Positions 1 through 10,369 of a stretch of DNA of 64,000 bases are shown piece after piece. How positions within the stretch are numbered: the stretch's first letter is position 1; the number at the start of each line of letters is the position of its first letter. This stretch comes from Bdellovibrionales bacterium. GTDB taxonomy: Bacteria; Bdellovibrionota; Bdellovibrionia; Bdellovibrionales; UBA1609. The stretch spans positions 320,001 to 384,000 of the forward strand of contig OZ241329.1 in NCBI GenBank assembly GCA_965199825.1, in the 5' to 3' direction. A program made the position numbers and the translations under genes. The notes under the pieces are model-generated. The model was not told the DNA's origin. It saw only the letters and a list, made by a program, of their open reading frames with translations, and searched no databases.

Positions 1-1
1 T

Positions 2-1273
2 TTTGAATTTTCTGACGAAAGCAATTTTTCTCAAATCTTTTCAACCCAATTAAAGGCTTTATTTTTGTTTCGGCAGAGTTTCCTTAAACAAGAGCTTCCG
101 CTTTATGAAGAGCTCTTTGAATCGCAGCACAAAGATGAACTGGTGTTTCCAAAGATTACCGACAACAGCATCAATATTATTGGTTACGCTCTCAACGATC
201 TTGGTATTGGTGAAGATTGCAGGGCTTTGTATCACGCGCTAAATGACGGTAAAAACAATGTGAGGCTCATCGCCTTAAAACCGGCAGGTCGAAATTTTGA
301 TGCATTTCCTCAACTCAATAAACACTTGAGCCAAGAATTAAAAGGCAAGATCAATATTTTTTGTATGCCGCTCGTTGATTTCATGACCCAGAAATTAAAA
401 TTTGGAAATCGCATTCTTGATGGCCATTACAATATTTGTTTTGCCCCTTGGGAATTTGATGAATGGCCCAAGGATTATGATTTTTGTGTCAAGGGACTAC
501 AAGAAATTTGGGGAATTTCAAATTTTGTCACCAAGGCTTACGAACGATTTGATATCAAAGTCTTGAGCATGCCAAATATCGTTTTAAAAGGCGAAACCGC
601 ACAATTGAGTCGAACCGATTTTGGGCTCGACCCCTCGGCCTTTACATTTATGTTCTGCTTTGATTTTAATTCCTCGATCAAACGTAAAAACCCATTTGGT
701 GTGATCAAAGCTTTTCAACTGGCATTCCCGCAAAACGAGACCCATGTTCAACTGGTGATTAAAACTATGGGTGGACCTGGATATGACAAGCAGCGGAAAC
801 ATTTATATCAACTCGCTGAGCAAGATCCGCGAATCCATTTGATTCACGATCAGCTTGAACGCGCCGCTTTTAATTCTTTGATTTCGTTGAGCGATTGCTT
901 TGTTTCGCTCCACCGCTGCGAAGGTTTTGGTCGAGCATTGGCAGAAGCGATGCTGTTTGATAAGCCGGTGATTGCCACAGATTATTCGGGCTCAAGCGAA
1001 TTTCTTAATTCTCAAACCGGATTTCCGGTGAGTTATCAACTGACCGCAGTTTTGCCAGAGGAATATCCAATGGCCGAAGGTTTATTCTGGGCTGAACCTA
1101 ATTTGGACTGTGCTGCTAGACAAATGCGCGAGGTCAGGCAAAACTCTGAGCGTGCAAGAGACATTGCTCAGCAAGGTCATCGATTTATTACACAAAATCA
1201 TGGGGCCGATACCGCTCGCAAGAAACTACAAAATCGAATCAACGCGATATTTCAAGAAATGGTGATCAAATGA
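2..1273 (+). CDS. Glycosyltransferase family 4 (GT-B), probably 5'-truncated by the window edge
   Basis: SLHRCEGFGRALAEAM (E-x7-E) and KPVIATDYSG motifs, RKNPFGVIKAF. The frame is open from position 2, upstream of the TTG at 65. Confidence 0.85.
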   Translation, partial: FEFSDESNFSQIFSTQLKALFLFRQSFLKQELPLYEELFESQHKDELVFPKITDNSINIIGYALNDLGIGEDCRALYHALNDGKNNVRLIALKPAGRNFDAFPQLNKHLSQELKGKINIFCMPLVDFMTQKLKFGNRILDGHYNICFAPWEFDEWPKDYDFCVKGLQEIWGISNFVTKAYERFDIKVLSMPNIVLKGETAQLSRTDFGLDPSAFTFMFCFDFNSSIKRKNPFGVIKAFQLAFPQNETHVQLVIKTMGGPGYDKQRKHLYQLAEQDPRIHLIHDQLERAAFNSLISLSDCFVSLHRCEGFGRALAEAMLFDKPVIATDYSGSSEFLNSQTGFPVSYQLTAVLPEEYPMAEGLFWAEPNLDCAARQMREVRQNSERARDIAQQGHRFITQNHGADTARKKLQNRINAIFQEMVIK

Positions 1274-2289
1274 ATAAAATATTTTTTACCTCTTCCGCAG
1301 CCAATTACTTTCCAAAAGTAAAACTTCTTTTTGATTCACTTCGCAAATATCAACCCGATTGCACTCTGGTCTGGTTGGTGGCCGAAAAAAAACGTGAGGA
1401 TGCCCAAAAATTAGCAGAGCTCAACCGATACGAAATTCTTTTTGCCGATGATCTTGAAGTGGGCAAACAGTCGGCTTGGCTTTTTGGAATGAATATTGTC
1501 GAATTGGCAACCGCACTCAAACCGTTTGCGGCCCAGGTGCTGCTTGAAAAGTATAATTCTACCGGAGTCATCTATCTTGATCCAGATATTGTGACCTTTC
1601 GAAATCTGGATGAGTTGTCACAGGGTTTTGAGACCTATGATGTTATTTTGACCCCTCATTTGAACAAGCCCGAGACCGATCCAAAATTGGTTTTAGACAA
1701 TGAGCTTTGTGCACTTAAACACGGCGTATTTAATCTCGGATTTTTTGGAGTTAAAAATTCGTTTGAAGGTTTAAGGTTTTTGAGTTGGTGGCAAGAGCGG
1801 GTCTATAAATTTTGTTTTACTGATCTTGCCTCAGGAGTGTTTACCGACCAAAAGTGGATTAACTTTGCGCCCATTTTTTTTGAAAATGTTTGGATCAATC
1901 GCGATCCAACCTTGAACGTTGCGCCATGGAATTTAGGTCAGCGACACTTCAGCGGCGGCATGAAAGAGGGCTATCAAGTCGACGGCAAACCACTTGGTTT
2001 TTATCACTTTACCGGATTCGACAGTGGGGCCCATCTGATTGCGGCAGCCCCTTACCTCACAACCAATCCTTCGCTAAAAAGTTTGGTGACCTGGTATCAA
2101 GAAAAATCTTCTAACTCCGGCAGCACCAAAATCGATCCGCGCTGGGGGCTTGGATTTTACTCAAGTGGTGAAAAAATAAATGATGATGAGCGAAAGATTT
2201 TTCGCGAAACCGCGGAGCTACAAAAAAATTATTCAAACCCCTATGAGGCACGCCCTCATATCCTGGCGCTAAAGGAATCCGTGGTTTAA
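1270..2289 (+). CDS. GT-A fold glycosyltransferase (GT8-like nucleotide-diphospho-sugar transferase)
   Basis: YLDPDI DxD motif, ELATALKP, FNLGF, DQKW, FYHFTG; ATGA overlap with the upstream gene. Confidence 0.75.
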   Translation: MNKIFFTSSAANYFPKVKLLFDSLRKYQPDCTLVWLVAEKKREDAQKLAELNRYEILFADDLEVGKQSAWLFGMNIVELATALKPFAAQVLLEKYNSTGVIYLDPDIVTFRNLDELSQGFETYDVILTPHLNKPETDPKLVLDNELCALKHGVFNLGFFGVKNSFEGLRFLSWWQERVYKFCFTDLASGVFTDQKWINFAPIFFENVWINRDPTLNVAPWNLGQRHFSGGMKEGYQVDGKPLGFYHFTGFDSGAHLIAAAPYLTTNPSLKSLVTWYQEKSSNSGSTKIDPRWGLGFYSSGEKINDDERKIFRETAELQKNYSNPYEARPHILALKESVV

Positions 2290-2292
2290 TTC

Positions 2293-3462
2293 ATGGCAGT
2301 TTTGCATATCGGTCACTCCTGGGGAGGTGGACTCAACCGTTGGGTTGACGATTTTATGACCGCAGATGAACGCCAAAGTTTTCTTTTAACTTCCTCAGGA
2401 AGTCTTGCAAGCTATAGCCTCAATTTTATTATCAAAGATAAATATGGTTTGAATATTCAGAGTCTTACCCCAAAAGACCCGATCCACCGGGCGCAACTGA
2501 CCTCGCCCGAGCTTTACCAATGGACCCTCGACTTTATTAAAAAATCAAATGTCGACACCGTGATCTACTCTGCACCCTTTGGGTTTTCATTAAATCTGCT
2601 TCATTTGCCGGTTAAAAAAATTATTGTGCTGCATGATTTTTCTTACGTGTGCGCAGGAACCTACGGTTATTTCAACAAGCCGTGTGTGAAATGCACCTCT
2701 TCTGATCTTAAAACTTGTATCGAGACCAATCCGGGCGCCTCATTGTACTCCGGCGTTAGCTATGAAGACTTCAAGCAGATGCGAGAATTTTTTGTTCAGA
2801 ATCTTTCAGACGTTGTATTGGTTGCTCCATCAACTTCTGCAGCTGAGAGAATCAATATGATCGAAAATCGATTGCTCAACCAAAAGATCAATATCGTCCC
2901 ACACGGATTGAGCCTTCAATTTGAAGATTGTTTTGGTCAAGCCCTGCCCGATCGCAAACTTAAAATTGCGGTGATGGGATCCTACTATTGGCATAAAGGA
3001 TGGGGACTGTTCGATCAGATTCACGAACAATTTAAAGATAGAATTGATTTCTATGCTCTGGGTTGTGGACCACTGGGTCAAGATAAGCTGAAGACCCAGT
3101 GTGTGGATTTGGTGGTCGAATATAAAAATAATGAGCTCCCCGGAATTTTAAAAAAAATAAAACCCGATGCAGGACTTCTGATTTCCCTCGTGCCCGAAAC
3201 TTTTTCTTACACCTACTCTGAACTGTCGGCGGCCCGTATTCCGGTGATTGCCTCGCGTTTAGGTGCCTTGCCTGAGCGCATGGTTGCGGGCACAGGATTC
3301 CTGGTTGAACCTACGGTAGAGTCGATTGCTCAATGTCTTAACGATGTGCTTCAAGATCGATCTTTACTGATCAGCGCTTATCACAATCTCAAAACCCAAA
3401 CTGCGCACTCGGTAAAACAAATGGTAAAAAATTATATAAATTTGCTAGATCCCCAACCTTAA
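2293..3462 (+). CDS. Glycosyltransferase family 4
   Basis: HSWGGG, LHDFSYVC, HKG, PETFSYTYSE, PVIASRLGALPER. Confidence 0.85.
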   Translation: MAVLHIGHSWGGGLNRWVDDFMTADERQSFLLTSSGSLASYSLNFIIKDKYGLNIQSLTPKDPIHRAQLTSPELYQWTLDFIKKSNVDTVIYSAPFGFSLNLLHLPVKKIIVLHDFSYVCAGTYGYFNKPCVKCTSSDLKTCIETNPGASLYSGVSYEDFKQMREFFVQNLSDVVLVAPSTSAAERINMIENRLLNQKINIVPHGLSLQFEDCFGQALPDRKLKIAVMGSYYWHKGWGLFDQIHEQFKDRIDFYALGCGPLGQDKLKTQCVDLVVEYKNNELPGILKKIKPDAGLLISLVPETFSYTYSELSAARIPVIASRLGALPERMVAGTGFLVEPTVESIAQCLNDVLQDRSLLISAYHNLKTQTAHSVKQMVKNYINLLDPQP

Positions 3463-3522
3463 AAGGTTGATACGAGAGACATGAGAGATAAAACAACTGT
3501 CCAATTTTGATAGCTCAAAAAT

Positions 3523-3597
3523 GTGAACCATCAAAAGCGCATCTTCGCAGTCATTCCCTGTTATCGTGTGCGAGATCAAATCATAAACGAGCATTGA
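3523..3597 (+). pseudogene. Orphan N-terminal fragment of a GT2 glycosyltransferase (continues at 9598)
   Basis: Translates as VNHQKRIFAVIPCYRVRDQIINEH*. IxVxIPCY is the typical GT2 first strand. Confidence 0.6.
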
Positions 3598-4418
3598 TTT
3601 AGACGACCATATGTGGAGTCTTTAAAACATGAACTATTTAGTCCTCAATTTGTTTGGCCGGTCGTTCCTATACTTGAGGTCTGCACACAAAAAAATTAGC
3701 AATACGGTTGAATTTTGATAGTCCATCGCACAACGCTGAGGCAGATAGGCAATGGTTGCGATTCCGTCGATGATTTAAAAATAATGTTTGCGCGTGGGTT
3801 TAGTATTCAGTTTTTTAGCCTCAATCATTTGCCCGTAATCGAATTCATTTTCAATAGCGTTAACTCTCCAAAGGTATCATCATTTAATCCTCAAGAAAAT
3901 TCTAAGCAATAGATCTCGGTAATGGGTTCTGGGGATGTTTCAAGCTTTTGTTTTTAAGATCACCCCCTACTGTTTTAATGTACATTCAAAGTGGTTAGCA
4001 AAAATTTCGATCTTGTATTTATTTCTGAGCGATGACCAGTGACTGGAAAAGGCCACATATGTCGGAGTATTTCACTTATTTCTAGATTAATTTTATTTCT
4101 TATCAGTGACGAAATTTACACCAATGAAATTTATTTTTTATTACAACCATTCGAGTGTATTAGCCGCTACTCTAAAATTAATATGGTCCTGCAAAATAGA
4201 ATCTAAACAATAAACTCAGTGCCAAGTGGTTTTCGATGTGGAATTATTCATAGCACTTGTGCTGGAAATATTTTCTTCTCTATTTTTGCATCCCGCTTTG
4301 ATTCCTTCGATACGGGCTCGACTAGGCGTGACGCCTAGGTGCAGAGAAAGCGGTTGCGCTGATAAAAAAATGTAACATCAAACAGATTTTATTTGATTCG
4401 TTTTTATTCTGTGGATTT

Positions 4419-5843
4419 TTGATTTTCTTTTCGATGCCGCTCGTGACCACTTTTGATTCGGCAGGGTATCATAGGTACGCGCGTATTTTATTTGGCGAAG
4501 ATCCCTGGGAAACCTGGGATTTTTTTAGAGGAATAACGGTCCCGCTTTTTACTGGTTTATCGCAACGACTTTTTGGTTACTCCTCACAAGGATTAGTGTT
4601 GGCGCTATTTATTGTGGGTGTTCTGACCTTAAAATCATTTGCTATGCTTTCCAAGAAAATCACGATGCCCGCCGTTACTGCCTTGACCATTTGCTATTTT
4701 TGTATTGATCCCATTATTCAAGGATATTTTCACGTGTTATTGCCTGAACCGCTTACGGTTCCGCTTTTACTTTTGCTAAGCTCGATGTGGTTAAATCCCA
4801 ACCCGGATAGATTTACTTTGATCGCAACGCCATTTCTCCTGGTATTGCTTTACCAAATTAAAGAACCGCAAATTCTTGTTGGAGTTGGATTCTTGGGGCT
4901 TATTTTACTCAAGCATCTTGCAGAGCGTGATAAGCGCAAGACGGCACAAATTCTTTGCATGTTTGGCGCTTTTTTCATGCTTAACAAAATAGTGAATAAA
5001 ACTTTGATTTACAAAGTTGGTCACGGTTCACTCTTTGGCAACGTGCACATTCTCAACAATGGAATTGGTTTTGCCGGGCTTAGTGGCAATATGTTCGGCG
5101 ACACGGTTGTGCGCGACTACAATTTGCTACAAAAGGTGGAGTCAACCAAACCTTTATCTGGATCTATCAGACGATGTTCGATTGAGTCTGGTAACACAGT
5201 GTTTTATTTTTTAAGTAATGGCGAAATTATTCAGTGTCTTGCTCCAACAACTCTTTTAGAAGCTATTCGCTTACGCGGTTTTTTCACATACTCCTACCCA
5301 CTTGCGACTATAAAATCTTTTGTCTTAAATTTTTTGGAAATTATTCGTGTTCTTCCGAATCGTTTTGATGAGATCAAGACCGTGGGCAATTTTGCTTTCA
5401 ACGCGTCAGATACCAATTCCAATGTTAGCTCAATTCCAAAAGATTATATTTTTCATGACGCCTTCACAAGTTATGTAAAGCCCTACCGTGTGGACTCCTC
5501 GAACCCGGTAGGCTATATGGCAAAAATCGACTCGTATTTGTGGCCGTTGGCCCAATTTGTTTACCCGCTAAGCTTTGTATTGATGTTGATCTGGATCGTG
5601 CTTGTGTCGATCCAAAAAGATCGTAAATCAAATTTGTTTTTTCTAGCTCTGAGCAATTTGCTCTATCTTGCGTTCAATGCATTTTTAGGATTGGTTGATG
5701 ATCGTTATGGATTTATTTGTTATCCTTTAGCATTAATCTTTGCAGTCGATTGCGTGTCTAAACAGATTCCTGCACTATACGGACGGAGTTGGCCATCACG
5801 ATATAAGTCGTCGGCGTCCCCGGAACACTTGTTAAAACACTAG
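4419..5843 (+). CDS. Polytopic membrane protein, probable GT-C fold glycosyltransferase or O-antigen modification protein
   Basis: Many hydrophobic segments; FDSAGYHRYA after TM1, R..TVPLF, LLPEPL, a large periplasmic loop, late DDRY. The frame is open from 4332, so the start is uncertain. Confidence 0.55.
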   Translation: MIFFSMPLVTTFDSAGYHRYARILFGEDPWETWDFFRGITVPLFTGLSQRLFGYSSQGLVLALFIVGVLTLKSFAMLSKKITMPAVTALTICYFCIDPIIQGYFHVLLPEPLTVPLLLLLSSMWLNPNPDRFTLIATPFLLVLLYQIKEPQILVGVGFLGLILLKHLAERDKRKTAQILCMFGAFFMLNKIVNKTLIYKVGHGSLFGNVHILNNGIGFAGLSGNMFGDTVVRDYNLLQKVESTKPLSGSIRRCSIESGNTVFYFLSNGEIIQCLAPTTLLEAIRLRGFFTYSYPLATIKSFVLNFLEIIRVLPNRFDEIKTVGNFAFNASDTNSNVSSIPKDYIFHDAFTSYVKPYRVDSSNPVGYMAKIDSYLWPLAQFVYPLSFVLMLIWIVLVSIQKDRKSNLFFLALSNLLYLAFNAFLGLVDDRYGFICYPLALIFAVDCVSKQIPALYGRSWPSRYKSSASPEHLLKH

Positions 5844-7329
5844 TATCGACAACATGAACGTTCTTCGTGCCATAAGGACGTCCAAATTCATCAGTCTCAT
5901 AAAGTCCGGGTTTTGTTTTCATCGGAAGAGTCCCGCCGAAATGTTGACTTCGACCTGAAGGGCCCGTCTTTTTGAAAAACGGCAATGGAATGCCGCCGAG
6001 TTTCCACGCATTGCGGATTAAAGTTCTAAACGCCTCGCCAGCAACTTTTTTTGATCGCCTAGACGGGCGCCCCGTTAAGCTTGCTAATTGCTGTGTTTGA
6101 TCAGCATTGATTTTTAACCCAAGACTGCCAGAATCTTCAGAGTGAAGATAAACCATTCCAATCATCAGTCGATCAAATATCGGCTTCAGAAGTTTAAAAC
6201 CCAGATCTGCAAGCACGCCAAATGTGTGACGCAAAGATTCTAAAACAATTTCATTAAACGGATACAGTTGAAAGTGAACAAGTTGGTGGGTTCGCTTAAG
6301 GGTAGCAAGTTGGATAAAAATCTGAGCTAGAGTATTTTGTGGTGCTACCGAAGCTCCGCGCGTGCGTTTAAACGTTATAAATGGAAAATAATATTTTTGC
6401 GAATCACGAATGGTAAATTCATGGCCCGACCATCCCATGGAACGTGCCACCAAAGCTGTTGTTCCTAAAACACCTGCGCCAATAAAAACTTTGTCATAGG
6501 TTTCAGTAAAGTTTTGATGAGTGTCTATGTTTTTAAATTGAACCTCAACGCCCTGTGATTTTTCAGAATATGATAGTGCGAGAGAGTGCGGCTTGTATGA
6601 GATTTTTTTGGCGGAAATAAGTTCTTTTATTACATTGGCCGCATTGAAAATAGCATTGTAAGAGCAGCCATGCATACACATGCCACAAGAGACGCAACCT
6701 TGCGACTCATAAGAATATCGTGTGCCGCAGGCGATTTTTGCCCTCCCTACATGAATCCCTTTAAGCTTTAAAGCAGGCGCCTTTTTATTTGATTGAGTTA
6801 AAACATTTAGCCCCTGGGGCCCTAATGGATATTGAGGTTTCCCGTGAATACGAACACTGTAAAGCTCGTCAACGGCGTCATTTTCGGTTGAGACATCAAC
6901 AAAATTCTCTAGGGTTCGAAATGCATTTTTTAATCGATCACTTTTAAATGGCCAGTGAACCATATCGCGATCGGCAACTGTGCCAACATTCGCGCCCCAT
7001 ACATTGCTTAAGCCGCCAAGTGCAAAAGAAGTTAAAACTTTCGATTTCGAATCAAGCTGAATTGCACCGCCTGGTACGGTCTTGTAAACAAACCTTGACC
7101 CAAAGCACAGCTTTTCTGGAAGTTCGGAACTTGCGCCATCGTGATCTGCACGCCTTTGACGGATTTTTGCTAAGGATTCTTCAGGCGTATGTCCGGGCCG
7201 AGTTAATGATTTTAAATTGTCCTCAAGTTCGTAACCCACGTCATAAACCGTGACGTCAGCGCCTTTTTCCACCAATGCGTACGCGGCCGAAGCGCCCGCA
7301 GGCCCACTTCCAATAACTGCGACTTTCAT
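5758..7329 (-). CDS. FAD-dependent GMC-family oxidoreductase
   Basis: VIGSGPAG FAD motif, LGGLSNVWGA, CVSCGMCMHGC, C-terminal HFGGT, NVHVVDTS and PT...MANS. Confidence 0.85.
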   Translation of the reverse strand: MKVAVIGSGPAGASAAYALVEKGADVTVYDVGYELEDNLKSLTRPGHTPEESLAKIRQRRADHDGASSELPEKLCFGSRFVYKTVPGGAIQLDSKSKVLTSFALGGLSNVWGANVGTVADRDMVHWPFKSDRLKNAFRTLENFVDVSTENDAVDELYSVRIHGKPQYPLGPQGLNVLTQSNKKAPALKLKGIHVGRAKIACGTRYSYESQGCVSCGMCMHGCSYNAIFNAANVIKELISAKKISYKPHSLALSYSEKSQGVEVQFKNIDTHQNFTETYDKVFIGAGVLGTTALVARSMGWSGHEFTIRDSQKYYFPFITFKRTRGASVAPQNTLAQIFIQLATLKRTHQLVHFQLYPFNEIVLESLRHTFGVLADLGFKLLKPIFDRLMIGMVYLHSEDSGSLGLKINADQTQQLASLTGRPSRRSKKVAGEAFRTLIRNAWKLGGIPLPFFKKTGPSGRSQHFGGTLPMKTKPGLYETDEFGRPYGTKNVHVVDTSVLTSVPGTPTTYIVMANSVRIVQESV

Positions 7330-8516
7330 AATTTAAACCCTTCATCCAAGTGAGTGTTGATCCATCCGGACCGTGGGAGGTCAACTTGTCGATCTAAATG
7401 CCTTTGCATACAAATATTTTGTCCTTTGCAAGGCGCGTAATCTGCAACATGGATACAAGGCGAACAATACACCTTTCTGTAATGTATTTGCTCAGGCTGA
7501 TCAAAAGGATATGGAGCAAGCCGTGTCGAAGGATCAGTTGGACCCCAGTACGACGTAATTTTTAAGCCTAAAAGACGTGCGATATGATTCAAACCCGAGT
7601 CAATCGTTAGAAGCTCTCCGACTTCGTGTAAAACAGCAACGGACTCTTTAAGGCTTAGCTTTCCAGCGACATTAATTATTTTTAAATTCGGAGCAAGTGA
7701 TAAAAACTCACGCTCGTAATTTTTAGCGCTTTCAACGTCAACCTTGCCTCCTAATAAGTAAATGGCCAATTCCTCACGGGGATATTTGTGTTCGATAATG
7801 TAAATCCATTCTTTCGCTGTAAACATCCGTTCAGGCCCAAGTTCGGAACAAAACGGTGATAGGCAAATACTTCGGCCTGTAGCTCGGAGCACGGAAAGGG
7901 GCAGTTCGGACTTGAACTGCATTCGAAACCTTCGTACACACTCGTAGCGTTGGTCGACATGCCCTCCTAATTCCTCCGCCATTTGGTCGTAGGCTTGATA
8001 TATAGGCGCAATTCCATTGTAAAAAAATGCGTGAGTCGTGAGGCCATATTGCCATCGGCTCCAGACCATAAAAAAACCAAAGCGGTTGCGGGCGCATGAC
8101 AGCAAAGAAAACACCCCCGAAAGCCTTGAGTGCAGTTCAAAATTTAAAATGCAGTCCGCGCGAAACGCAGCCAACAAACACTGCGTGGCAGTTACAACAA
8201 TCCGCCGAACCGAGGATGTTTCGAGCACGTAGATTCGATCAAAACAATTCATCACATCCGCAAAACCTTTAACCGCGGGCGTGCAAATCAAATTTAACTT
8301 TTTGTTTGGATACCTAGTTTTGATTGCGATTAACGCTGGATAGGCAGAAACGACACTTCCTCCGCCAAGGAGCTTAAAAACAAAAACGCTTTTTTGAATT
8401 TCTGAGCTGTGATCTCGCCGCAAAATTACGCCAAGAAATAAAGAAATTGGACGCAAAATTATGATCAGTAAATTCCCAAGATAGTAATCGGCCGATTTCA
8501 TTTGCTCTAAGTTCAT
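7326..8516 (-). CDS. Glycosyltransferase family 9 (heptosyltransferase-like)
   Basis: AGKLSLKE, IDSGLNHIA, WGPTDP and C-terminal CSPC...PC...C motifs. Confidence 0.85.
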   Translation of the reverse strand: MNLEQMKSADYYLGNLLIIILRPISLFLGVILRRDHSSEIQKSVFVFKLLGGGSVVSAYPALIAIKTRYPNKKLNLICTPAVKGFADVMNCFDRIYVLETSSVRRIVVTATQCLLAAFRADCILNFELHSRLSGVFSLLSCARNRFGFFMVWSRWQYGLTTHAFFYNGIAPIYQAYDQMAEELGGHVDQRYECVRRFRMQFKSELPLSVLRATGRSICLSPFCSELGPERMFTAKEWIYIIEHKYPREELAIYLLGGKVDVESAKNYEREFLSLAPNLKIINVAGKLSLKESVAVLHEVGELLTIDSGLNHIARLLGLKITSYWGPTDPSTRLAPYPFDQPEQIHYRKVYCSPCIHVADYAPCKGQNICMQRHLDRQVDLPRSGWINTHLDEGFKL

Positions 8517-8525
8517 TAATCACTC

Positions 8526-9473
8526 TTAAAGTTTTTGCATATCACGCATACCCGCTTCAATGCTGATTATGGGTTGATAGCCTAAAAAGCGCTGCGCTTT
8601 CGCAGTATTCAATGTGCACGAGTTAATCATCATTTCAACAGGCAGTCGAGCAATGGGCGGCGCAGATCGAAGAGGCAAAAACCGCCAAGCAACCTCAATA
8701 ATACTTGCAAGAATTCTTGCAACTCTCGGTGGAATGGATTTCTTGGGAAGGTGAATTCCCTGAGTCGATGCGTAACGAGCGAGAAAATCATGGGATGAGA
8801 TAATAGGTTCACCGTCTGAAATAAAATAACATTCTCCGCCGCTGCCCTGGGTAAGGCTCAATTCAATAGCATGAACAAGATTTAGAATATGAGTTGTCGA
8901 ACCCAAAGACCTACCATGCCCAATCCAGCGAAATCGCCCATTTTGCGCCATTGCCGCAATCTTTTTTAATCGCTTATCCCCGTTGCCCCAAACTAAGCGG
9001 GGTCGCAATGCGAGAGTGACAAAGTCATCCGAATTGGCCTGGAGCACGAGCCTTTCCGCAATAGCTTTTGATCGGACATATAAAAATTTTGAATCCACGG
9101 CAAGCGGGGTCCCTTCGTCAATTTTCAGTAAATCTCTTGGCTGGAATACAACAGCTTCGGATGAAATATGTATGAAACGCTTTACCCTTGCTTCACGCGC
9201 AATTTGTAACAGATGTTTCGTACAGTCCACATTAGCATGATAAAATTGAGACTCGGAACCCCACCAATCGGTATAGGCAGCACAGTGAATTACAACATCG
9301 ATACCAGTGAGATCGTGGGCGGTTATTTCAAGAAGGTCATTTCGGTGTAGGATTTGACCGAGGACTGCATTTGTTTTGCGCCGTGAAAAACTTAAAATCT
9401 TATGGGAGGACTTTAACTTTTCGACGACAGCCGCGCCAACAAATCCTGTCGCTCCCGTTATGAAAATTTTTAA
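8526..9473 (-). CDS. NAD-dependent epimerase/dehydratase (extended SDR, 3-beta-HSD-like); no canonical start codon
   Basis: The frame extends 81 codons upstream of the GTG at 9230 as LKIFITGATGFVG...VIHCAA, followed by HISS, YVRSK and LRPRLVWG. Confidence 0.8.
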   Translation of the reverse strand, partial: LKIFITGATGFVGAAVVEKLKSSHKILSFSRRKTNAVLGQILHRNDLLEITAHDLTGIDVVIHCAAYTDWWGSESQFYHANVDCTKHLLQIAREARVKRFIHISSEAVVFQPRDLLKIDEGTPLAVDSKFLYVRSKAIAERLVLQANSDDFVTLALRPRLVWGNGDKRLKKIAAMAQNGRFRWIGHGRSLGSTTHILNLVHAIELSLTQGSGGECYFISDGEPIISSHDFLARYASTQGIHLPKKSIPPRVARILASIIEVAWRFLPLRSAPPIARLPVEMMINSCTLNTAKAQRFLGYQPIISIEAGMRDMQKL

Positions 9474-9597
9474 GGAGCACCCCCGACAAATGAGAAAAAA
9501 GATCCTTTAAGTCTTGTGCCATTGCAACTTGGTTTAGTCTAGTCAATCATTTAGTCGGAACATGTCAATGGGCTGGCCAAGTGCACGCTGCTGATTA

Positions 9598-10297
9598 GTG
9601 AATGATATTTCACCTGTTGATGGTGTAATTGTAGTCGATGACTGTTGTGCTGAAAATTCAGGCGATCTTGTTCAGACCTCAATTACTGATGCAAAGGCAA
9701 CAGTCATCAAGAACGAATTTAACCAAAGCGTGGGTGGCAGTGTCTTAAATAAATTTAGTTATGCCATCAAACAAGGGGTGGAAATTCTTTTGAAAATCGA
9801 TGGCGATGGTCAAATGGATGTGCGCTTAGGTATTGGATTTTGATGGATCCAACAAATGGATATCTTGCAATTGAGAGTTCAACTTTCAAGCAGCTCCCCA
9901 TAAGTAAAACAGCGCGCCGGTATTTTTTTTGGAAGTGATATTTTATTACAACTAAATTTTTTGAGTGCATGAGTGGTTCAAACCTCATGCAGGCGCTCTG
10001 CGCCAATGAGAAGAGTTCCCTTTCTCTAAAGAATATTAAAAATTTCTTTAAACGAATGGTTTTTCCTATTTTGTTCTCGATTTTAATACGGGGTCTATTG
10101 CTTTATTGTGTAGCTTATTTATGTTTGGTCTGGGGCTGAGTATTAGGCTCTACTATTGGATTCCCTCTATATTGAATGGACATCTCGCCACCAGTGGCCA
10201 AGTGAAGATGGCCGCATTGCCAACATTATTGGCATTCCAGAGCCTTTTTTTCTTTTTCCCAATTGCTATTGCTAGTTCGCAAAGGCAAATGAGCTAA
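9598..10297 (+). pseudogene. Decayed GT2 glycosyltransferase with C-terminal TM helices
   Basis: Fragments in different frames: VVDDCC...NQSVGG...KIDGDGQMD; YWILMDPTNGYLAI...RRYFF; ATSGQVKMAALP. Frameshifts, stops and an internal deletion. Confidence 0.75.
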
Positions 10298-10369
10298 AAA
10301 AATTAACACTATCCATATTGATTCTAATTCATCGCTTACGCTAAGGTCGTCACTCTTCTGGAGTCTTAT

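Noticed and set aside
3715..3912. 65-aa ORF in the AT-rich gap
   Set aside because: No motif or RBS; the surrounding 3600-4320 region looks like degenerate sequence that I could not assign on either strand.
9505..9525. TGGCAC on the minus strand upstream of the SDR as a sigma54 -24 box
   Set aside because: No TTGC at the -12 position (it reads TTAA).
3593..9547. Imperfect inverted repeat ATTGATTTAGAC / GTCTAGTCAAT near the ends of the proposed insertion
   Set aside because: Only about 11 nt with mismatches, the right copy is 50 nt from the junction, and there is no transposase or clear target duplication.
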